Origin: Thermoplasmatota archaeon
Lineage (GTDB): Archaea; Thermoplasmatota; E2; DHVEG-1; B18-G2
Length of the DNA: 20,676 nucleotides
Assembly: GCA_029259115.1 (NCBI GenBank)
Contig: JAPDJO010000065.1
Location: forward strand, 1-20,676
Direction: 5' to 3'
A program made the position numbers and the translations under genes. Below the pieces are notes generated by a model that worked only from the letters and a program-made list of their open reading frames with translations, was not told where the DNA came from and did not search any database. Within the stretch, counting starts at the first letter, position 1. Each line of letters begins with the position of its first letter. Shown piece by piece: positions 1 to 7,014 of the stretch.

Positions 1-698
1 CCGGAAGAACATACGACCAGATAAGGATGTGTGTCGCTTATTCAAATATGAATGTCAAACTTTTCGTTACTCACGCAGGATTGAGCGTTGGTAAAGATGG
101 AGTAAGCCATCAGATGCTTGAGGATCTTGCTTTAATGAGGGTACTGCCGAACATGAAGGTCTTTGCTCCAAGTGACCCGTATCAAACAGGGAGAATAGCT
201 GAACTTATGGCTGAGAACTATGGGCCGATGTATGCAAGGATAGGCAGAGAACCAATGTATGTGATTTATGATAAAAAGGAGATCGAGGACATAGAGATAG
301 GAAAAGCAGTAGAGGTAAGAGATGGAGATGATGTAACAATCCTAGCTCATGGAACCATGCTCTACGAAGCCATAAAGGCGGCGGAGGAGCTTGAGAGGAA
401 AGGAATATCTGCCAGAGTTTTAGATATGTGGTCCATAAAACCATTTGACAGAGATGCTGTTCTCAGGTCAGCGAGGGATACGGGTAGAATTATCGTGGCT
501 GAGGAGCATTCTGTAATAGGCGGTCTTGGAAGTGCAGTATCTGAGTTTCTCATGGAAAGAGGAATAAATGTCAGGTTCAGGATGATAGGAATCAGGGATG
601 TATTCTGCGAATCCGGAGAGCCGTACGAACTTCTCAGAAAGTATGGTCTATCAAGAGAAAACATCATCAAAACAGCGGAGGAACTGGTGAAGGGATAG
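1..698 (+). CDS. Transketolase, C-terminal (pyrimidine-binding + C-terminal domain) subunit, 5'-truncated by window edge
   Basis: Frame is open from base 3 (GRTYDQIRM...). Motifs THAGLSVGKDGVSHQMLEDLALMR, GPMYARIGR, EEHSVIGGLGSAV and IGIRDVFCESG are typical of split archaeal transketolase beta subunits. Confidence 0.92.
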   Translation, partial: GRTYDQIRMCVAYSNMNVKLFVTHAGLSVGKDGVSHQMLEDLALMRVLPNMKVFAPSDPYQTGRIAELMAENYGPMYARIGREPMYVIYDKKEIEDIEIGKAVEVRDGDDVTILAHGTMLYEAIKAAEELERKGISARVLDMWSIKPFDRDAVLRSARDTGRIIVAEEHSVIGGLGSAVSEFLMERGINVRFRMIGIRDVFCESGEPYELLRKYGLSRENIIKTAEELVKG

Positions 699-705
699 TT
701 TTTTT
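699..705 (+). terminator. Oligo-T archaeal-type terminator (putative)
   Basis: T7 run immediately after the TAG stop of the transketolase gene. Confidence 0.45.
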
Positions 706-731
706 GAGATGTTTTATAGGCGATGATGGGT

Positions 732-827
732 ATTTCACTTAATGTTCCGAAGATAAATGAAGTTAAGCCGAAAGCTCAATTTGGGCGAAGTGGTAAAGCC
801 TTTTATCCGCTGTTGTGCGAAGTTGCC
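732..827 (-). mobile_element. attC-like integron cassette recombination site (degenerate R')
   Basis: Minus strand reads GGCAACTTC-GCACAAC(R'')-AGCGGATAAAAGG...TTGAGC-TTTCG-GCTTAA...CATTTATCTTCGGAAC-ATTAAGT(R', ATT instead of GTT)-GAAAT. GATAAA/TTTATC form inner arms and there is a central hairpin. It starts 7 nt after the stop codon of the 835..3156 gene. Confidence 0.65.
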
Positions 828-834
828 GAGATTC

Positions 835-3156
835 TTAGGAAAATATTCCCTGAATTTCAACGTAGTTAATATTACCGTTTTTAATATCTTCTTTTAGAGC
901 CTCTTTAATTTCTCCTTTCGCAGAGAAATATATAATTTGCCATCCTAATTCAGAAATTTTCCTTAACATTTCAATTTGTCGTTGTAACCTATCTGGATCA
1001 GCTTTTATGAATGGGTCATCCATAATAAAAAATCCTTTTTTGTCTTTCAAGAGTTTTTCTCCAAGGGCAAGTCGAATAGAAAGATATAATTGGTCGTATG
1101 CACCCCCTGATAGTTTTTCTGCTTCTAATATTACTCCATCCTTACGTTTAACTTCAATTTTCCCTGTCTCTTGATTAAAAGTAACTTCCTCATAAAGACC
1201 GTCTGTTATTTCATTAAAATACCTTGAAATGGGACTTTCCTTACCAAAAAGCTCAGAAACCTTTTCTTTTTCTTCTGCTTCTATTTCTTCAAAAATTTCT
1301 ATGAGTTCTAATACATCGTCTTTGTTACGTTCATTTTCATTTATAAACCTTTGCAGTTTCTCTTTAATTGCTTCCAGATCCACCAGTGTTTTGCAGTATA
1401 AATATTCCTTTTCCAATCGCAGAATTTCATTTGCCTTTCGCTCTACTTCCTCCATCTCTTTTTGAATCGATTTCATATTCTCTTTTAACGTTTCCAATTC
1501 TTGTTCAAGTTTCTGTCTTTTCTTTTCCAGCTTTGATGCAGTAGTTTCATTATATTTTACATCCTTTGCTTTATCCTTATACTCTTCCAGCTTTCTGATT
1601 TCTTCATCCCAAAATAGAATGTTTTCTTCTAATTCTTCGTCTTTTTTTCCAAAGTGGCTTTCCAAAACGCTTTTTTGGCTTTTGATTAACCCTTCAACTT
1701 CCTGTTTCGATTCAAGTCCCTTGCTATAGTCTTCCAAGGAATCTTTTCCTGACTTTATTTTTATCTCATTTATTTTCTTTTCAGTACCTTCAATCTTATC
1801 TTCTATTTCTGGTATGCATTTATCTCGTAATTCCTTGATTTTCTCTTCTAAATTTTCTTTTTTTATTTTCATCTCTTGTAGTTCAAGGTTTTTCTTTCTA
1901 TATACATCATCAAATTTCTGAACATTTGAAAGAATCTCCTCGATATCTGTAGCATCCAACTTAAATTTTGCGAGCTCAAACCTAATCCTTTCAAATTCTC
2001 GGGAAAGCCAAGCTTTATTGTTCACAAACTGGAACTTAAATATTACCGACACTCCCCCTAAGATTAAAAATAATATCGTCAAAATGTAAAATAATAATGA
2101 TGGACTGAAGATACAACCGAATAAAGATATTCCAAATAAAATTGTAGAAATTATTCCAAGTGGGGTAAAAAATTTGCTTTTACTTTCCTGTTGTACTAAC
2201 TCTATGCTTTTGCTCTCATAATTCTTCAAAGCGGGTCTAATTTCTTCGTCTAATTTTTTTCTTCTCCCTTCTAGAATCTGAAAATTTCCTTCTAATTCAC
2301 TTAATTTTTCGCTTATCTCCTTAAGTTCCCTTTCTTTTTCCTTAAGTTCAGCAAGTAATTTTTCTTTTTCCTTACTATATCTTTTGATGTCTTTCTCACT
2401 ATCTCTCCATAATTGCTCATCTTCCTCATTGTAAATATTCAAATCCTTAAGTTTTTCTAATGCCTTTTTGAGATTGTCCAGCGCTTTTTTCCCTTCCTCG
2501 TATTTTTCTCTTTTTCTGGCATCTTCAAAGTTTTTTATTTCTTGTTTAATCCTTTTTATCTCTTCTTCTAACCTTACAGACTCTTCTTCAAGTTCATCGA
2601 ATCCCTTTTCTTTAACCTCACTACTTAAACTCTCAATTTTCTCTATAAGCTTCTTCGCTTCTTCTACCCTTGTTTTTAATTTTTCATCTTTAATATCCCT
2701 AAACATGCCTGTTGGTGTTATTTTACCCATTTCCCTAAGAATCCCTTTTATTTTGGAGATTTCTTCCGTCCTTAACCCTGTGAGACGATCTGTTACATTG
2801 GTATAAAATTCACTCTCCCGAGCGATAGAGAGATCACTATTTCTTATCACGAAGATATTGCGACATTCTGAGGAAGTTAAATCTGCGATTTTTGTTAAAT
2901 TTCCCCTTTCTGGCAACTTGATTTCTTTACCTTTATCGTCTTCTATAATTACATAACCTTCTGGATTTTCCTCTACCCGATCTATGCGTTCAAAATCCCT
3001 GACATTTCGCCCCAATAATAACTTTACCAGAGCGTCTATTGTAAGCGTTTTACCATCTTCGTTTTTACCCCAAAATAGATTGAAATTATGTAGTGAGATT
3101 CTACCTGTATTCGGTAGAGGACCATATCGCATTATCGAGAATTCTTTTATTTTCAT
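835..3156 (-). CDS. SbcC/Rad50-like SMC-family ATPase of the YhaN (AAA_27)-type, with central transmembrane hairpin
   Basis: N-terminal Walker A (WGKNEDGKT), long coiled coils, ABC signature LSGG and Walker B FFIMDDPF. Two hydrophobic helices lie at aa ~329-375. Start overlaps the nuclease stop (ATGA). Confidence 0.88.
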   Translation of the reverse strand: MKIKEFSIMRYGPLPNTGRISLHNFNLFWGKNEDGKTLTIDALVKLLLGRNVRDFERIDRVEENPEGYVIIEDDKGKEIKLPERGNLTKIADLTSSECRNIFVIRNSDLSIARESEFYTNVTDRLTGLRTEEISKIKGILREMGKITPTGMFRDIKDEKLKTRVEEAKKLIEKIESLSSEVKEKGFDELEEESVRLEEEIKRIKQEIKNFEDARKREKYEEGKKALDNLKKALEKLKDLNIYNEEDEQLWRDSEKDIKRYSKEKEKLLAELKEKERELKEISEKLSELEGNFQILEGRRKKLDEEIRPALKNYESKSIELVQQESKSKFFTPLGIISTILFGISLFGCIFSPSLLFYILTILFLILGGVSVIFKFQFVNNKAWLSREFERIRFELAKFKLDATDIEEILSNVQKFDDVYRKKNLELQEMKIKKENLEEKIKELRDKCIPEIEDKIEGTEKKINEIKIKSGKDSLEDYSKGLESKQEVEGLIKSQKSVLESHFGKKDEELEENILFWDEEIRKLEEYKDKAKDVKYNETTASKLEKKRQKLEQELETLKENMKSIQKEMEEVERKANEILRLEKEYLYCKTLVDLEAIKEKLQRFINENERNKDDVLELIEIFEEIEAEEKEKVSELFGKESPISRYFNEITDGLYEEVTFNQETGKIEVKRKDGVILEAEKLSGGAYDQLYLSIRLALGEKLLKDKKGFFIMDDPFIKADPDRLQRQIEMLRKISELGWQIIYFSAKGEIKEALKEDIKNGNINYVEIQGIFS

Positions 3157-4217
3157 GATCTTACCTCCATCATTGCTTTTATTACCAGCTCACGCAATCG
3201 TTTCTTCTTTTCTTCATCGTAATCAGTTTGTTCAAGTTTCTTTATGAAGCTTTTAAACAAGTCATCTTCAAGTATTGCACGAATATCCTTGAATTCAAAA
3301 CGCTCTTCTGCTACCGATTTCCCTCTGATAATCTCTTTTATTTGTTTTACAAGTTCGGATTCACTTATTTTAATCTTCTCACTGTTAATATATCCCTTGG
3401 TTGCCAAGATAATACTTGCTTCAGAATGTACTCCTTTGAGATGTTCTTCTATTATCTCAACTGGATGTTTTTCTATAAAAGGGTCAAGTTCTATTACCAC
3501 TTCTTCAAAATGAAAAGTATCAAGAGGATATTCCTTAGGCGGCTTTCCAACTTCAAAAATATTTACTTTTCTTTGCCCTACTTCTCTTTTAGTTATTGAG
3601 ACAGGTGATCCGGGATAAACAAAGTATCCCCCATCTTCTAATGGCCATATATCAAATTTTGAATGGAGATGTCCAGCAAGCACATAGTCAACATTTAAAT
3701 CCTTGAAATAAGAAAGTTTGACAGGCATGTATCTTTTTTCACCTTCTTCTCCAAAATCTTTCCTTGAAAAGAATGCATCAAGCAATTCCCCATGATAGAG
3801 CAAGATATTTCTCTTATCTGTAGCTAAATTATTTTTTAATGAGTGGAGCTTATTGAGAATTTTCTCACCTTCTATGTCTTCAAAAGGTAATCCCCATATC
3901 ATTAGATCCTTATATTCAAAAGGTTCATCTAAATCCGTTAAAACAATTGTATCTTCACCAAAATACATACCGCTTTTATATGCTTCACTATCGTGATTTC
4001 CTGGAATTAAAATTATTTTGAAACCATTGTTTGAAAAAATTTTCCTTATTTTAGGTCTTAGAATTTCTGCATCAATGCCTTTATCAAAAAGGTCTCCACT
4101 TATCACGAAGAGTTCAATTTTTTCTTTCTTTCCAATCTCAATTAACCTTTGGAGGGTCTTCCACCTCTCATCTCCATATTCCCTCAAGTGAATATCTGCT
4201 GTATGAAGTATCTTCAT
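3153..4217 (-). CDS. Mre11/SbcD-family metallophosphoesterase DNA nuclease
   Basis: All calcineurin-like motifs are present: HTADIH, SGDLFD, PGNHD, YHG, GHLH, plus YPGSP. GGGTGA ribosome-binding site at 4224-4229. Confidence 0.92.
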   Translation of the reverse strand: MKILHTADIHLREYGDERWKTLQRLIEIGKKEKIELFVISGDLFDKGIDAEILRPKIRKIFSNNGFKIILIPGNHDSEAYKSGMYFGEDTIVLTDLDEPFEYKDLMIWGLPFEDIEGEKILNKLHSLKNNLATDKRNILLYHGELLDAFFSRKDFGEEGEKRYMPVKLSYFKDLNVDYVLAGHLHSKFDIWPLEDGGYFVYPGSPVSITKREVGQRKVNIFEVGKPPKEYPLDTFHFEEVVIELDPFIEKHPVEIIEEHLKGVHSEASIILATKGYINSEKIKISESELVKQIKEIIRGKSVAEERFEFKDIRAILEDDLFKSFIKKLEQTDYDEEKKKRLRELVIKAMMEVRS

Positions 4218-4237
4218 TTTTATTCACCCACTTTTAA

Positions 4238-4269
4238 GGCAATTTCGGACAACGAGTATTTCACACAAC
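4238..4269 (-). mobile_element. Cassette 5' core site (GTT box) with upstream tandem copy; attI-like
   Basis: Minus strand GTTGTGTGAAAT-ACTC-GTTGTCCGAAATTGCC. The downstream box (4238-4253) is a 14/16 inverted match to 812-827 (GTTGTGCGAAGTTGCC). Confidence 0.55.
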
Positions 4270-4472
4270 TTTTTATTCGTATAGTCTCTCAAAGGGAAGT
4301 TAAAGCGAAATTTTACAGAATCAAATTTCATGTAATTTCCATGGACTCAGATGTTAAAAATCTTACGTCACAAGAACGATATGATGCAATAGGAAAAGAT
4401 TTGTCTAGGTAGCAAAAAATTATCTGAAGATCCAAAATCCATCTAAAAACTGCGCCCTCCGTCCATCTACAC

Positions 4473-5588
4473 TCACTTCCTCGTCACAATCTGTATGACA
4501 TCTCCATCCATCAGGATATGATCGAGACCAACCTTCTGACCCTGATATTTGACTGATTTACCCCAGACCCGGGCATATTTGAACTTTCTTATGAAGTCCT
4601 TGTGAAGCCTCTTACAGACATCCTCTATCCTGTTGCCCTCTCTCAGTATCATCGGTTTTGAATAATCCACTTCTCCTTTTGGTGGCTTTGTAAATACTCT
4701 TATGAGCCTGAGATTCTCATATATCGCTTTCCTCAACTCTTCTATCCCATGTTTGTATTTTGCAGAAACAGGCAGAACTCTCCATCCCTTTGATTCTATG
4801 AATTTTACAGTTTCTTCAACCCTTTCTTCATCCGCCAGGTCTATCTTGTTGAGAACCACTATCGCAGGGATGTATACCCTATTACTCATGAAGGAATCTA
4901 TCAACTGCTCCTCTGTCAAATCATCTCTTATTATGATGTCCGCATTGACGAAATATTCGGATGCTATACCTCTTATCTCCCTTTCCGATAATCTGGTATC
5001 TGCTGGCTTGAATACTCTTATACCACCCTCCCCTCTTCTCACCACCTTAACATAAGGTTTCTCCTGATTCAATCTGAAACCAGCCTGATAAAGCTCTTTT
5101 GATATCACTTCCATCTGACTCTCCGCTCCCTCTATATCCAGTATTATTATCAGCATATCCATGGTTCGTAAGGCAGATAGAACCTCCCTTCCCCTCCCTC
5201 TTCCTTCAGATGCCCCTTCCAGTAATCCCGGAAAATCCAGTATCTGAATCTTTGCCCCATTGAACTCCATCATACCAGGAATCGCTTCGAGAGTGGTGAA
5301 ATCGTAGTCTCCTATTTTGCTTTCTCTTTCGACAAGCGCATTGAAAAGCGTACTTTTTCCAACACTTGGAAAACCAACTATGCCAACGCTTGCATCACCT
5401 TCTTTCTTCACGGAAAAACCTTTTCCCGGCCTTCCTTTCGATTTCGCTTCCCTCAGTTCTTCCCTGAGTCTCGCGAGCTTGGCTTTGAGTTTACCGAGAT
5501 GATGCTCCGTTGCTTTATTCTTCTGTGTCTTCAGAATCTCCTCTTCTATTTCCTTTATCTTCCTCTTTATCTCCTCAATGTCTGCCAT
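4473..5588 (-). CDS. drg: DRG/Rbg1 subfamily OBG GTPase with C-terminal TGS domain
   Basis: N-terminal TQKNKATEHHLGKLKAKLA, G1 GFPSVGKST, G2 YDFTTL, G3 DFPG, G4 NKID, and TGS tail GQKVGLDHILMDGDVIQI. Confidence 0.95.
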   Translation of the reverse strand: MADIEEIKRKIKEIEEEILKTQKNKATEHHLGKLKAKLARLREELREAKSKGRPGKGFSVKKEGDASVGIVGFPSVGKSTLFNALVERESKIGDYDFTTLEAIPGMMEFNGAKIQILDFPGLLEGASEGRGRGREVLSALRTMDMLIIILDIEGAESQMEVISKELYQAGFRLNQEKPYVKVVRRGEGGIRVFKPADTRLSEREIRGIASEYFVNADIIIRDDLTEEQLIDSFMSNRVYIPAIVVLNKIDLADEERVEETVKFIESKGWRVLPVSAKYKHGIEELRKAIYENLRLIRVFTKPPKGEVDYSKPMILREGNRIEDVCKRLHKDFIRKFKYARVWGKSVKYQGQKVGLDHILMDGDVIQIVTRK

Positions 5589-5589
5589 G

Positions 5590-6525
5590 CTACTTTGTTA
5601 TATGAGTCCCAGTTTCCCCTTTTAAAGCTTCCCATGCATGATCGATATCTGCTATTATTGCCCTCTCGCCACCATTCTCCAAGAATCTAATAGCTGCAAG
5701 AATCTTTGGACCCATGCTCCCAGCGGGAAAGTGTCCATCTTCGTAGAACTTTTTTATCTCTTCCAGATTAACCTTCCTCAAAGGTTCTTGATCCTCAGAT
5801 CCATAGTTGAGATATACGTAGGGAACATCAGTCAGAATAAGCAAAACATCTGCACCAATAGCCTCTGCAAGCCTCTCAGCAGAGAGATCTTTATCTACCA
5901 CCGCCTCTCTACCATCAAGACCCCATCCTTTTCTTTCTACAACCGGCATGCCTCCGCCGCCGGCTGCGATTACAATAATTCCATCATCAAGCAGGGCTTT
6001 GATTATGTTTGCTTCGATAATGGCTTTTGGATCAGGAGAAGGAACAACAATCCTCCATCCATTCTTTTGCTTTGTCATCTGATATCCGTCTTTGAGTAGC
6101 TTCAAAGCTTGGTCTTCGTTGAAATAAGGCCCTATAGGTTTCGTTGGATTTTCAAATGCAGGATCTTTATCATCAACAAGGACTTGAGTAACTATGGTAA
6201 CTACATCTTTGTTAATTCCTTCTTTTCTGAGAGCATTTGATAAGCACTGCTGAATCATATACCCAATCAACCCCTGACTTTCAGCGACGCATATCCCTAA
6301 AGGCATTGGAGGAACTAGATCTCTGCCAGCTTGGTTTTGGAGAAGTATAGCCCCTACCTGCGGACCATTACCATGGGTTAAAACAACATCCCAACCATCT
6401 TTTATGATTTTAACTATAGACTTAACGGTCTCTCTAGTATTTGCAAACTGTTCATATATAGTTCCTTTCTGTCCAGGCTTAATTAAAGCATTGCCTCCAA
6501 GTGCTATCACTGCTCTCTTTGTCAT
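5590..6525 (-). CDS. arcC: Carbamate kinase
   Basis: Motifs VIALGGNAL, THGNGPQVG, SQGLIGY, NPTKPIGP, VVPSPDP, EAVVDKD and GSMGPK. Confidence 0.96.
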   Translation of the reverse strand: MTKRAVIALGGNALIKPGQKGTIYEQFANTRETVKSIVKIIKDGWDVVLTHGNGPQVGAILLQNQAGRDLVPPMPLGICVAESQGLIGYMIQQCLSNALRKEGINKDVVTIVTQVLVDDKDPAFENPTKPIGPYFNEDQALKLLKDGYQMTKQKNGWRIVVPSPDPKAIIEANIIKALLDDGIIVIAAGGGGMPVVERKGWGLDGREAVVDKDLSAERLAEAIGADVLLILTDVPYVYLNYGSEDQEPLRKVNLEEIKKFYEDGHFPAGSMGPKILAAIRFLENGGERAIIADIDHAWEALKGETGTHITK

Positions 6526-6546
6526 GTATGGGAAAATTACAGATGC

Positions 6547-6555
6547 ATATAAAAA
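6547..6555. promoter_or_regulatory. Shared TATA-like element between divergent arcC and DUF488 genes
   Basis: ATATAAAAA centred at 6551, exactly midway between the two ATGs (6525 and 6577), 26 bp from each. Confidence 0.5.
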
Positions 6556-6576
6556 GGTGAGGGAATTCTGTATCTG

Positions 6577-7008
6577 ATGAAAGAGATTTATACCATAGGA
6601 ACGAGCAACAGAGATCTTGATGAGTTCATTCGCATCCTGAAATCGTTCAATATAGAGTTGATTGTAGATGTAAGAAGGTTTCCAACAAGTAAATTTGAGT
6701 ATTTCAAAAAGGAAAACTTGGAGATCGCTCTGAGAGAGAATGATATAGGATACAGATATCTAGGGGATTCACTTGGAGGTTTTAGAGAAGGTGGGTACCA
6801 AAGATATATGGAAAATGAGGATTTCAAAAGAAGTTTTGAACAACTGCTATCTCTCGCTGAGAGACATAGAGTTGCTATATTGTGTAGAGAAAAATTTCCA
6901 TGGAAGTGTCACAGATGGTTGATTAGCAAAAGATTAACCGAAGAGGGATATAAGGTTATACATATCCTGGATGAGAAAAAGACATATGTTCATAAAACCT
7001 TAAATTAG
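6577..7008 (+). CDS. DUF488 family protein
   Basis: IYTIGTS, IVDVRRFPTS, LGGFR and AILCRE...CHR are the DUF488 hallmarks. Confidence 0.88.
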   Translation: MKEIYTIGTSNRDLDEFIRILKSFNIELIVDVRRFPTSKFEYFKKENLEIALRENDIGYRYLGDSLGGFREGGYQRYMENEDFKRSFEQLLSLAERHRVAILCREKFPWKCHRWLISKRLTEEGYKVIHILDEKKTYVHKTLN

Positions 7009-7014
7009 GAGAAA

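Noticed and set aside
835-4217. Canonical archaeal mre11-rad50 repair operon
   Set aside because: No zinc-hook CxxC, TM helices present, DDP Walker B, and no herA or nurA neighbours.
812-4253. The 16-bp inverted repeats as transposon TIRs
   Set aside because: No transposase inside and no target-site duplication; the GTT/AAC cores and adjoining palindrome fit a cassette better.
4341-4460. Possible integrase remnant: short plus-strand frames (MDSDVKNLTSQERYDAIGKDLSR; VAKNYLKIQNPS, faintly like an IntI C-terminal tail)
   Set aside because: No catalytic R-H-R-H-Y motifs are recognisable and the similarity is too short to support without a search.
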